Assembly: GCA_050261575.1 (NCBI GenBank) | Contig: JBLNDL010000031.1 | Location: forward strand, 1 to 62,392 | Source of the DNA: Sphingomonadaceae bacterium | Lineage (GTDB): Bacteria; Chloroflexota; UBA6077 | DNA length: 62,392 bases | Direction: 5' to 3' | Part shown: positions 23,420 to 32,368 of the stretch, piece after piece | How the letters are laid out: every line of letters begins with the position of its first letter | How positions within the stretch are numbered: the stretch's first letter is position 1 | Made by a program: the position numbers and the translations under genes | Notes under the pieces: model-generated | Seen by the model: only the letters and a program-made list of their open reading frames with translations | What the model was told of the DNA's origin: nothing | Databases searched by the model: none

Positions 23420-23619
23420 CCCAATCCCCTCCTACTGTCCGGTTGATGCACGCAGTCTAGGTAGCTGCCCTAGGTGGCGTCAAGACGGGAGGGCTCTCGT
23501 AGGCAGGGAATGGTGCCACGCGGGGAGCCTCCGTTTGACGCTCACCAGCGCCAGGGTAGTACAATGGCGAACTTACCTAGTATCGACCGGCCAGAACGCT
23601 GTGAAGGAGCCACGGGATA

Positions 23620-24900
23620 GTGTTTGCCAAGGAGTCAGCTTCTGCGAGAGAGTCACCGCCCGCCGCCGTTGAGATCCTCCACCGATATCGGTGGGTGATG
23701 CTGGGTGTGGCGTTTCTGGTGCAGGTGAGCAACGCTCTGGCAACGTCGGCAGTTGCCCCACTCGCGCCGTTGTTCCAGCCGGAGTTGGGTCTCAGCAAGG
23801 CGGAGGTAGGACTCTTCTCGTCGATCATCTTCGCCGGTGCGTGGGGGGTGCTCATCGTCGCTGGGTCCCTGTGCGATCGCTTCGGGATCCGCAGGCCGAT
23901 GTCGCTGGCCCTGGTGGTGATCGGCACGGTGATGCTCTCGATGTCGATGGCCGGTTCCTTCTTCCAGGCGGCCTCGGTGATGTTCCTTGCTGGGATCGGC
24001 GGGGGGCTGGTGATGCCGGGCACCACCAAGATAATCATGGACTGGTTTCCGCCCCGCGCCCGGGCGACGGCGATGGGGATCAAGCAGGCGGGGGTGCCGT
24101 TGGCCGGCATCCTCACCGCCTCCATCCTGCCGGTGGTGGCGTTGTCCATCGGATGGCGCTCGGCAATCGCTGGAGTGGGCTTCGCCATCATCGCCACCGG
24201 CATCGCCGTCGGCATCTTCGCGCGGGACGCGGCGACTCAGCAGAAGTCCGCCTCCCGGAGTGCCTTCTCGAGGTCGGACTACCGCCAGGTGTTGCGGAAC
24301 CGCGGGCTTTGGGCGGTGAGCGCTATCTCGGTGCTGTACGTCACCACCCAGTTGGCCCTAATAAGCTACATCGCCCTCTACCTAATGGAGTTCCTGCTGG
24401 TTCCCGCCATTCCGGACGAGCACACGCGCATCGTGGCGGCGGGCGGCTACCTGGCCCTCTGCCAGGCCGGAGGTGTGTTCGGTAGGATCTTCTGGGGCGT
24501 GGTCAGCGACAGGCTGTTTCACGGACGCCGGATGGTGGTGCTGGCCTTGGTGGGGATGCTTGCCGCGCTGATGTCGCTGGCTGTCGCCAGTATCGAGCCT
24601 GGCTTGCCCCTTGGCGTGCTGTCGGTAGTCACCTTCGTGTATGGCGCCACGGCCATCGGTTGGAACGGGCTGTACCACGCCGCGATGGCGGAGACTGCGG
24701 GGCGCCGCTTCGCCGCGACGGGAACCGGGTTTGGGATGACGCTGAACCAGTTCGGGGTGGTGGGGGGACCTCCCCTCTTCGGGTTCGTGGTAGACATAAG
24801 TGGGTCGTATCGGATAGGCTGGGGCATGCTGGCGGCGTTCTGCACCCTTGGCGCCATCCTATCGGTCTACAACGCCAGGCAGGAGGGGCAGGTTGACTGA
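23620..24900 (+). CDS. MFS transporter
   Basis: About 12 TM helices, GSLCDRFGIRR motif A, WFPPRARATAMG. Confidence 0.9.
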   Translation: MFAKESASARESPPAAVEILHRYRWVMLGVAFLVQVSNALATSAVAPLAPLFQPELGLSKAEVGLFSSIIFAGAWGVLIVAGSLCDRFGIRRPMSLALVVIGTVMLSMSMAGSFFQAASVMFLAGIGGGLVMPGTTKIIMDWFPPRARATAMGIKQAGVPLAGILTASILPVVALSIGWRSAIAGVGFAIIATGIAVGIFARDAATQQKSASRSAFSRSDYRQVLRNRGLWAVSAISVLYVTTQLALISYIALYLMEFLLVPAIPDEHTRIVAAGGYLALCQAGGVFGRIFWGVVSDRLFHGRRMVVLALVGMLAALMSLAVASIEPGLPLGVLSVVTFVYGATAIGWNGLYHAAMAETAGRRFAATGTGFGMTLNQFGVVGGPPLFGFVVDISGSYRIGWGMLAAFCTLGAILSVYNARQEGQVD

Positions 24901-24960
24901 GTCGAAAGCAGGTGTCTCCGGATTCGAGTGCATTCCCAAGCTGAGAGGGGTAGCCGATAG

Positions 24961-25305
24961 ATGACAGGCGTGCGTCCGAAGGAGTTCTGCGAGGCGATGC
25001 GCGACCTCGTGGTTCGGAGCCAGCGCCAGCCAGCGACGGCGGTCAGCGATCAGGCTTTCGAGATGAAGCTGAAGGTGCTGGATTACTTCATCGCTCGAGA
25101 CCCCGACCCGGAGGGCTTCGAACGGTCGTTGCGGGCACGTATTGCGGACCCCGACCCCGCAAAGGAGCTCAGCCGCGGGGTGTGCTGCCAGGTACTGAAC
25201 AGTTGGAGAGCTGGGAGCTGCCATTACACCCCGGAGGGGAGGTTGGTGCTGAAGGCGCTCTATCCTGCCGAAGACAATGGTGCCGACGTAGAGGATGCGG
25301 AGTGA
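24961..25305 (+). CDS. Hypothetical protein (114 aa)
   Basis: ATG after GAGGGG; stop overlaps the next ATG (TGATG). Confidence 0.6.
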   Translation: MTGVRPKEFCEAMRDLVVRSQRQPATAVSDQAFEMKLKVLDYFIARDPDPEGFERSLRARIADPDPAKELSRGVCCQVLNSWRAGSCHYTPEGRLVLKALYPAEDNGADVEDAE

Positions 25306-26501
25306 TGGATGGCTATCTTGCCTCGTGTGGGGACTCTCGTGGGGGCGGGATCGTCGCAGGAAGCTCGGTTGGCTTGTCCTCCTCGGGGACAGGTGTGACG
25401 GCCGCGCAGCAATGCGGGTCTCCCATGGTTCGGCTTCGCGGGGTGGTAGCCCGCCGTGATCGGTCGGTCGTATTGGAGATCCCCCACCTGGAGATCGAGA
25501 AGGGGGAGATCCTCGCCGTCATCGGGCCGAACGGTGCGGGCAAGAGCACTCTGCTTCACCTTCTGGCGCTGCTTGATCCGCCGGCCGCTGGCGAGATCTG
25601 GTTCGACGGCCGTCCGGTGTCCAGGGGCGAGGATCTCGTGAAGCTGCGTCGCCGCATGGCTGTGGTGTTCCAGGAGGCTCTGCTGCTGGACAGCTCGGTG
25701 AAGGCGAATGTGGCGATGGGACTTCGTCTTCGTGGGGTTCCAGGCCGAGAGGCCGAAGCGCGCGCTCGCTTCTGGATGAAGCGCTTCGGGGTAGAGGAGT
25801 TGGCAGACAGGCGGGCGCGGCAGTTGTCCGGGGGGGAGGCTCAGAGGGTCGGGCTTGCGAGGGCATTCGCCGTGCAGCCGGAACTCCTCCTGCTGGACGA
25901 GCCCTTCTCCGCGCTGGATGCCCCGACCCGCGTGGCGCTCTTCGAGGACTTCGAGCGGGTGCTGCGGGAGAGCGGCGTCACCACCGTGTTTGTCACCCAC
26001 GATCGCACCGAGGCGATGCGGCTGGGAACCCGCGTCGCCGTGATGATGGATGGCAGAGTTGTCCAGGTGGGGAGACCAGAAGAGGTGTTCAGCTTCCCCG
26101 CAGACGAAAAGGTGGCGTCCTTCGTCGGCGTGGAGAACCTGATCCCAGGGCAGGTCGCGGAGCAGCAGGAGGGTCTCGCCCTGGTGGATCTGGGAGGGGC
26201 CACTATCGAGGTCGTGAGCGACTCCAGCCCCTGCCGGCCGGTGCTGGCCTGCCTCAGACCCGAGGACGTGGTTGTGGCGCCTCTCCCCGCCGAGCGAACC
26301 CGTAGCAGCGCCAGGAACAGGTTGCGGGCGAGCATCACGCGGCTGACCCCATTGGGCTCCCAAGTGAGGGTATCGGTGGACTGCGGCTTTCCGCTGGTGG
26401 CCCTCATCACCCGCCGCTCCACCGAGGAACTGGCGTTGAAGGTGGGTTCGGAGGTCGAAGTCTCCTTCAAGGCCACGGCGGTGCACTTGCTGCCGCGCTG
26501 A
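25305..26501 (+). CDS. ABC ATP-binding protein with TOBE domains (tungstate/molybdate type); start 25305 or 25425
   Basis: GPNGAGKS, LSGGEAQR, LLLDEPF, VTHD; C-terminal SSARN and ALITRRSTEELALKVG..FKATAV. Confidence 0.88.
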   Translation: MDGYLASCGDSRGGGIVAGSSVGLSSSGTGVTAAQQCGSPMVRLRGVVARRDRSVVLEIPHLEIEKGEILAVIGPNGAGKSTLLHLLALLDPPAAGEIWFDGRPVSRGEDLVKLRRRMAVVFQEALLLDSSVKANVAMGLRLRGVPGREAEARARFWMKRFGVEELADRRARQLSGGEAQRVGLARAFAVQPELLLLDEPFSALDAPTRVALFEDFERVLRESGVTTVFVTHDRTEAMRLGTRVAVMMDGRVVQVGRPEEVFSFPADEKVASFVGVENLIPGQVAEQQEGLALVDLGGATIEVVSDSSPCRPVLACLRPEDVVVAPLPAERTRSSARNRLRASITRLTPLGSQVRVSVDCGFPLVALITRRSTEELALKVGSEVEVSFKATAVHLLPR

Positions 26502-26530
26502 CGCTGTCCATCCCTTCTCGGTGGCGCCTG

Positions 26531-27247
26531 TCAGCCCGCGCCGTCGTCGACGGCGGGCAGGAGTCCCCAGTCCTCGGGTGGCCAGTAGCGGATCCAAGCC
26601 TTGCCGATGATGTTGTCCTCGGGCACGAAACCCCAGAGGTGGGAGTCACTGCTGACTGGACGGTTGTCCCCCAGTACGAAGAAGTGACCCGGGGGCACCG
26701 TCTGCTCCTGGAGACTGTAGCCGGGCGTGGCTCGCACGTACCCTTCTCGAAGCTGCACGCCGTTGACGTAAACCTGCCCCCGGTCGATCCGTATCTGGTC
26801 GCCCGGCACCCCGATCACGCGCTTCACCAGGTCGATGTAGGGGGGCACCGGCTCGCGGAAGACGACGATATCCCCGTGTTGAGGGGCGCCGAAGACGTAG
26901 GCCCGCTCGGCAACTCCCAGATGGATCCCTATGCTCTGGGCGAGCCGAAGTGGGGCGCCCTCCAGCCGCAGGTAGGCCAGCTTGTTCACCAGCAGGAACT
27001 GGCCGGCCTCGAGCGTCGGTAGCATGCTGGGACCATCGATCTGGAAGTTCTGGACCACGGACCGGATAGACGAGAAGATGACGAGGGTGAGCAGCACCGT
27101 CTGGAGAATCTCGGCCGACCAGCGGGCGATCTGCCGGCGCCGCGGCGGGCTCCCCTCCCGGGCCGCGTCCACGGCTCTGGGGGTGGGGACCGTCTGCTCC
27201 ATCTGCAGCCGCCGATGGGCAGCGGCATCCTCTCTCGATAGGTCCAC
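26531..27247 (-). CDS. lepB: Signal peptidase I
   Basis: GPSMLPTL, LVKRVIGVPGD, FVLGDNRPVSSDSHLWG. Confidence 0.93.
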   Translation of the reverse strand: MDLSREDAAAHRRLQMEQTVPTPRAVDAAREGSPPRRRQIARWSAEILQTVLLTLVIFSSIRSVVQNFQIDGPSMLPTLEAGQFLLVNKLAYLRLEGAPLRLAQSIGIHLGVAERAYVFGAPQHGDIVVFREPVPPYIDLVKRVIGVPGDQIRIDRGQVYVNGVQLREGYVRATPGYSLQEQTVPPGHFFVLGDNRPVSSDSHLWGFVPEDNIIGKAWIRYWPPEDWGLLPAVDDGAG

Positions 27248-27356
27248 GGGGAAACCTCGTCGCCGACCGTGCCGGATTGGATCGCCGCCGATTATAGTCT
27301 AGGGGTTCTTTTTCTTCCACACCGACGGGGCTTGCACGGACTCGTTCCATCGGCGG

Positions 27357-27394
27357 AAAACAGAAGGGGCGGATCTGCAGATCCGCCCCTTCTG
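27357..27394 (-). terminator. Intrinsic terminator of livK
   Basis: Perfect 34-bp palindrome CAGAAGGGGCGGATCTGCAGATCCGCCCCTTCTG followed by TTTT on the minus strand, just after the stop. Confidence 0.8.
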
Positions 27395-27406
27395 AGTTTC
27401 GAGAGG

Positions 27407-28645
27407 TTACGGGTTCACCGTCTCCACGTACTTCATCTTGCCGTCTTTGATCTGGAGGACGACGCCGCTCTTGATGGGGTTGCCGTCCTTGTCGAAGCTG
27501 AGGGTGCCGGTGACGCCCTTGAAGTCCTTGATGGAGGCCATGGCGTCTCGGATCTTGGTGGAGTCGTCGCTTCCGGCCTTGATGATGGCCTCGACCAGCA
27601 GGTTGGCGCCGTCGTAGGCCAGCGTGCCGAGAGCATCCGGAGCGGTGCCGTACTTGGCCTGGTACTTCTTGATCCACTCCTGGACCTCGGGTCGCTTGTC
27701 CTCGGCGCTGTAGTGGTTGCTGAAGTAGCCGCCCTCCATTGCCTTGACGTCCAGTTCAGCGGAGTCCCAACCGTCGACGCCCAGGAGGGTCGCTTTGATG
27801 CCCTTCTCCTTGGCCTGGCGGCCGATGAGGCTGACCTTGTTGTAGTAGTCGGGGAGGAACAGCGCCTCGGGATTGTTGGAGGCGATCTTGGTCAGGATGG
27901 CCGAGAAGTCGACGTCATCCTTGCCGTAGGACTCCATGTTGGTGATCTTGCCCCCGGCCTGCTCGAAGGCGGCCTTGAAGGTCTCGGCCAGACCCTTGCT
28001 GTAGTCGTTGCTGATGTCGTACACGATCGCCGCGTTCTTGGCCTTCAGGGTATTGATGGCGAACTTCGCCATCACGTTGCCCTGGAAGGGGTCGATGAAG
28101 CAGGAGCGGAAGACGTACTCCTTCCGCTTGCCGCCGTCCACCGTGACCTTGGGAGCGGTGCCGGTGGGGGTGATCATGACGACCTTGTTGGCGTTGACGA
28201 TCTCGGAGACGCCGATGGCGACTCGAGAGATGACGGGACCGAAGATCGCCTTCACCTTATCCTGATTGAGCAGCTTGGTGGCGGCGTTGACGCCCTCGGT
28301 GGCGTCGCCCTTGGAGTCGGTGACAACCGTGGTGATCTTCACATTCCCAGTCTGGTTGGCTTCCTCGATAGCGAGGTCGTAGGCGTTCTTGACCGACTCA
28401 CCGTAGGTCTTCACATCGCCCGACAGGGGGCTGATGAGACCAACCTTCACCTCGACGGGCTTGGCCGACTGGGCGGCTGGGGCTGCTGCGGTCGGGGCCG
28501 CTGCGCTCGTCGCGGGAGCCTTGGTTGGCTCGCCGGCCTTCGTGGGGGTGGCGGTGGACGCACCGGACGAGCAGCCTGCCAGTGCCAGCAGGGCCGCCAC
28601 GGCCAGGACGAGTACCGCCACACCAATGGACCAGGTGCGCTTCAT
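27407..28645 (-). CDS. livK: Branched-chain amino acid ABC substrate-binding lipoprotein
   Basis: Lipobox LAGC, PLSGDVKTYG, FRSCFIDPFQG, DGWDS, FKGVTG; ATG 28645 after AAAGGAG. Confidence 0.9.
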   Translation of the reverse strand: MKRTWSIGVAVLVLAVAALLALAGCSSGASTATPTKAGEPTKAPATSAAAPTAAAPAAQSAKPVEVKVGLISPLSGDVKTYGESVKNAYDLAIEEANQTGNVKITTVVTDSKGDATEGVNAATKLLNQDKVKAIFGPVISRVAIGVSEIVNANKVVMITPTGTAPKVTVDGGKRKEYVFRSCFIDPFQGNVMAKFAINTLKAKNAAIVYDISNDYSKGLAETFKAAFEQAGGKITNMESYGKDDVDFSAILTKIASNNPEALFLPDYYNKVSLIGRQAKEKGIKATLLGVDGWDSAELDVKAMEGGYFSNHYSAEDKRPEVQEWIKKYQAKYGTAPDALGTLAYDGANLLVEAIIKAGSDDSTKIRDAMASIKDFKGVTGTLSFDKDGNPIKSGVVLQIKDGKMKYVETVNP

Positions 28646-28870
28646 GTGTGCTCCTTTCTCCTCGTGCGGCTGCATGCCTGACTGTCCCTTTCCCGCCACC
28701 ATGCAACGGCGCATGGTGGTGCGAACCCATCACTGGGTGGGCATGGGAACGGCCGGGGGAGACCACTCGGGCAACCGCGGTGAACGTTTGGGAAGCGCCT
28801 CACCTCTGGGCAGGGCAGGCGCGAAACCGAGGAGGTCTCCCGTCATCGGGGCCGAAAAAAGGGCGGATGA

Positions 28871-28899
28871 AGTTTACGACTACACTCGTAGGTTGTCAA
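28871..28899 (-). promoter_or_regulatory. Sigma70 promoter of livK
   Basis: TTGACA-17 bp-TAAACT on the minus strand. Confidence 0.7.
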
Positions 28900-29137
28900 A
28901 CCGAGGCTCGTAGGGGCGCGAGGTGTATTGGCCCTCGACCGAGCTCTCACTCCGCGGGCGTGCCACTGGAATGTTCACGGTGTTACCAGCAGGACCAAGT
29001 AGGTGTCTCTGGTTCATGTCAGCTTCTCTGGCGGGAAACGCGTACTCTATCTAGAGAGATACCTGCTCAGGAGATCTCGCCCAGGAGCGGGCTCGGATCC
29101 GCCCCAACCTCAGCGAGGCAGCCCCAGCGTTTCGCCT

Positions 29138-29830
29138 CTACTCCGGCGCCCGGAAGCGGTAGCCCACCCCTCGCTCCGTCAGGATGAAGCGGGGATGGTC
29201 TGGGTCTTCTTCCAGCTTGCGTCGCAACCGCCGCATGTACACCCGCAGGTAGTCGATCTCGTCTAGATACTCTCGTCCCCACACCTTAGCCAGAAGGGTC
29301 TCGTGAGGCAGGGTGCGGCCCGCGTTGCGCACAAGGTGGTACAGCAGCTTGTACTCGATGGTCGTGAGAGGGACGGTCTCGCCCTTTACCCGAACCTGGC
29401 GACTGGAAAAGTCGACCGACAGATCCCCGCAGACGAAGGAGGGCGCGCGGCTGGTGGGCTGGGGCATATCGAGCCGCCGCAGCAGCGCCTTCACGCGAGC
29501 CAGAAGCTCCAGGTGGTCGAAGGGCTTGGTGACGTAGTCGTCCGCGCCCAACTCCAGCCCCTTCACCTTGTCGAGGACGCTGTCTCTGGCCGTCAGCATG
29601 ATGACCGGCACGTCGGAGAACTCGCGCAGCCGCTGCAAGGTCTCGTATCCGTCGATGCCAGGCATGGCGATATCCAGCAGCACCAAGTCCGGGTGCTCCT
29701 TCTCCACCAAGTCCAGGGCGGTCTCTCCATCGTAGGCGCCGATCAGCTCCGTCTCTCTCCACTGGAGGTTGAAGCTGACGGTGACAGCCTCCACCACCTC
29801 GGGTGCATCATCCACTACAAGCAGCTTCAT
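29138..29830 (-). CDS. OmpR-family response regulator (KdpE-like)
   Basis: VVDD, LLDIAMP, GADDYVTKPF, LRVYMRRLRRKLE, TERGVGYRF. Confidence 0.93.
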   Translation of the reverse strand: MKLLVVDDAPEVVEAVTVSFNLQWRETELIGAYDGETALDLVEKEHPDLVLLDIAMPGIDGYETLQRLREFSDVPVIMLTARDSVLDKVKGLELGADDYVTKPFDHLELLARVKALLRRLDMPQPTSRAPSFVCGDLSVDFSSRQVRVKGETVPLTTIEYKLLYHLVRNAGRTLPHETLLAKVWGREYLDEIDYLRVYMRRLRRKLEEDPDHPRFILTERGVGYRFRAPE

Positions 29831-30605
29831 CGGGCTCCTCCCTGGTGGGTCCGGATTTGGGCAGCGAGAAGAAGAAGGTGGCGCCAGCCCCTACGTCGCT
29901 CTCGACCCAGATGCGCCCGCCGTGGGCCTCCACGATCCCTTTCGCGATGGGAAGCCCCAGACCCGCCCCGATATTGTGGCTGGGGGAGCTTGTGCGGGCC
30001 ATGTAGAACTGCTCGAAGAGGCGCGCCTGCACCTCCGGGGCGATGCCGGGACCACTGTCCGCCACGCTGACGACCACTGACTCCCCTGCGTCGACCACGG
30101 CCACGTGCACGGCGGTGCCCGGTGGAGCGAACTTGTTGGCGTTGGAGAGCAGGTTGAGCAGCACCTGCTCCAACCGGCGATGGTCCCCCATCACCTTCGG
30201 GGACGGGGAGGGCAGCGCTAGCTCCAGCCGCTGCCCTTTCTGGTCGAGCAGTGTCCTCATCAAGTTGGCGGCGTCCGTCACCAACTCCGTGACGTCCAGA
30301 TACCTCAACTGAAGCTCAGCGTGCCCACTTCGCAGCCGCACCAGGTCCAGCATGTCGGTGACCAGCACGTGCATGCGATCGGCGCTCTGCTTGATGTTGC
30401 GCAGCAGCCGATCGCGCATGGCCTCGTCCGGCTGACTGTCCAACAAGAGGCCGATGCTGGTTCGGATCAGGGTGAGGGGAGTACGCAGTTCGTGCGACAC
30501 CGTGGAGATCAGGTCGCTGCGCAGCATCTCGATCTCCTGCCGCTCCGCCGCCAGCGCCGCGCGTTCCGCCTCCAATTCGGCGGCCAACCGTTGGGGGTCC
30601 TCCAT
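29808..30605 (-). CDS. Cytoplasmic histidine kinase without a sensor domain
   Basis: SHELRTPLT H-box about 35 aa from the start; NLLSNANKF, DSGPGI, GAGLGL. Confidence 0.9.
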   Translation of the reverse strand: MEDPQRLAAELEAERAALAAERQEIEMLRSDLISTVSHELRTPLTLIRTSIGLLLDSQPDEAMRDRLLRNIKQSADRMHVLVTDMLDLVRLRSGHAELQLRYLDVTELVTDAANLMRTLLDQKGQRLELALPSPSPKVMGDHRRLEQVLLNLLSNANKFAPPGTAVHVAVVDAGESVVVSVADSGPGIAPEVQARLFEQFYMARTSSPSHNIGAGLGLPIAKGIVEAHGGRIWVESDVGAGATFFFSLPKSGPTREEPDEAACSG

Positions 30606-30828
30606 TACCTCTTACTCCTCGGGGTGAACGGGATGGGAGCAGCACACCCCATCCGGATTGAGTATAGCAGGGCTCTCAGCCCGCTCGGCGGGATTTCACG
30701 CTCTGTTAATGGAGGTTAAGCGTGAATCTAATCTCGCTCCGGTAAGATGCAGTCAGTACCATATTCCGCGTTCTCCAGCCGTCGCTGCAGATGCGACGGC
30801 GCGCGAGTGTGGCGAGAGGAGGTTCGCC

Positions 30829-31296
30829 GTGAGGGTCGCACAGCCGCTGCTGCTCACCGAGAAGGGGTGGCGTGAGCTGCAAGAGGAGTTGCTTTCGCTG
30901 CAGAGACAGCGTACTACCATGATGAGCGAGTACATGAACGCCGTCGAGGGTGGCGAGCAGGGCGATGCCCTTGCCAGCGGCCTGCGCGGCGACATCTCGT
31001 CGATAAACCGGCGCATCGCCCAGTTGGATGAGGTGCTATCGAGGGCCGTTCCGGTGGGTCCTGGCGACCGAGTTGACGGGGAGGTGGGGGTGGGATCCTC
31101 CGTGGTGGTTCGCTGGGAGGATGGCCAGGAGGAGAGCTACGTGATCGTCGGGCCGCCGGAGGTGGACCTATCGACGGGCCGCATCTCCTACGAGTCGCCG
31201 GTAGGGCGTGCCTTGATGGGTAGCCGGGCGGGCCGGTGGGTCGAGGTGGAAACACCCGGCGGCGTCGGGCGGCTGTTCGTGGTATCCGCGGAGTAG
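30829..31296 (+). CDS. GreA/GreB-family protein, atypical
   Basis: LTEKGWRELQEEL coiled coil, VGVGSSV, ISYESPVGRALMG; GTG after GAGAGGAGG. Confidence 0.85.
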   Translation: MRVAQPLLLTEKGWRELQEELLSLQRQRTTMMSEYMNAVEGGEQGDALASGLRGDISSINRRIAQLDEVLSRAVPVGPGDRVDGEVGVGSSVVVRWEDGQEESYVIVGPPEVDLSTGRISYESPVGRALMGSRAGRWVEVETPGGVGRLFVVSAE

Positions 31297-31327
31297 GTTG
31301 CTTCGAGCCATGGCACAGTCCGGATCG

Positions 31328-31606
31328 ATGAAGATCGAGGGGGGAGGGCCACGGTCCCCCGATGCGGGCGCTCCGGAAGGGGTGGATTGGCCTCGATGTG
31401 CCAACTGTGGCACGGAGATCCCGTGGGAGCCCGTTCGCATCGCGGGCATCAGCTACTGCTGTGGCGGATGCGCGCTGGGTGGCCCCTGTTATTGCTCCTA
31501 CGATCCTCCGGAAACCTCCAGGCCCAAGGTGTCCGGAAAAACCTTTCGTGCCGGACTCGATCGGACGCGCCTGGATCCGGATTCTGGACGTTCTTGGGGT
31601 TCTTAG
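31328..31606 (+). CDS. Small Cys-rich metal-binding protein (metallothionein/TRASH-like); start uncertain
   Basis: CANC-x16-CCGGC-x5-CYC; lies between the two Gre-like genes. Confidence 0.65.
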   Translation: MKIEGGGPRSPDAGAPEGVDWPRCANCGTEIPWEPVRIAGISYCCGGCALGGPCYCSYDPPETSRPKVSGKTFRAGLDRTRLDPDSGRSWGS

Positions 31607-31774
31607 AGCGACTGTCGATACCTCGTAGGGGGCACCCGAATCCGCTCAGCGCCTACACGTGGGTGCGCCCCTATCGCCTTGTCGAGCGCTGTTAGTGTGG
31701 GCCGGTGCTTCCGGCCGAACGAGGGGGCGGTGGTGAAGGAGTCGGCACTGTTAACACGCCTGCGGAGTGCGGAC

Positions 31775-32233
31775 ATGCGGTGGCTGAAGGGCTCCGTGTA
31801 CGTGACCAACGAGGGCAAGCAGGAACTGATTGCCGAAGTGGGTTGTCTCGAACAGATACGGAAGGATATCGAGGCGGAGATCGAGTCGGCGGCCGACGAT
31901 CGCAGAACTGCACTGCGAAGCGAACTGGCGGCCGTGGAAGAGCAGATCGCTCGCCTAAAGCAGGTGTTGATCTACGCCAAGCCGGCGAAGCCCGAGGGGG
32001 CGGCCGTCGCCATAGGCAGCGAGGTGAGGATCGTAGATCTCTGGGGGGAGCGAACGGTGACCATCGGCGGCCCCCTCGCTGCGAATCCCCGTTCGGATTG
32101 TGTCTCCTACGATTCTCCTCTAGGACAGGCGCTCCTCGGCCGAGTTCCGGGCGACGAAGTGGAGTTGCTCGGCGCGGTTGGGTGCGGAACCGTGAAGGTT
32201 GTGGAGGTCCGGCCCGGACGACCTGGTTGCTGA
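31775..32233 (+). CDS. Second GreA/GreB-family protein with a shortened coiled coil
   Basis: VTNEGKQEL, VAIGSEV, VSYDSPLGQALLGR; ATG after GGAG. Confidence 0.8.
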   Translation: MRWLKGSVYVTNEGKQELIAEVGCLEQIRKDIEAEIESAADDRRTALRSELAAVEEQIARLKQVLIYAKPAKPEGAAVAIGSEVRIVDLWGERTVTIGGPLAANPRSDCVSYDSPLGQALLGRVPGDEVELLGAVGCGTVKVVEVRPGRPGC

Positions 32234-32368
32234 ACGGCCGGACGGATTGGCACCGACTTCGGCAACCAGCCCGCAGAGCACGCGGAGTCAGCGTGACCCA
32301 TCGCCTTCGGAGGCAGAACCTTGTTGAGACGAACGGTGATCCCCTGTTCTCGCGGACGACGATCGAGA

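Noticed and set aside
27269..28681. 470-aa plus-strand ORF
   Set aside because: Antisense mirror of livK caused by codon bias
28790..28850. Glycine riboswitch or T-box in the livK leader
   Set aside because: GGAGA is present but CCGAAG, CUCUCAGG and UGGNACC cores are absent
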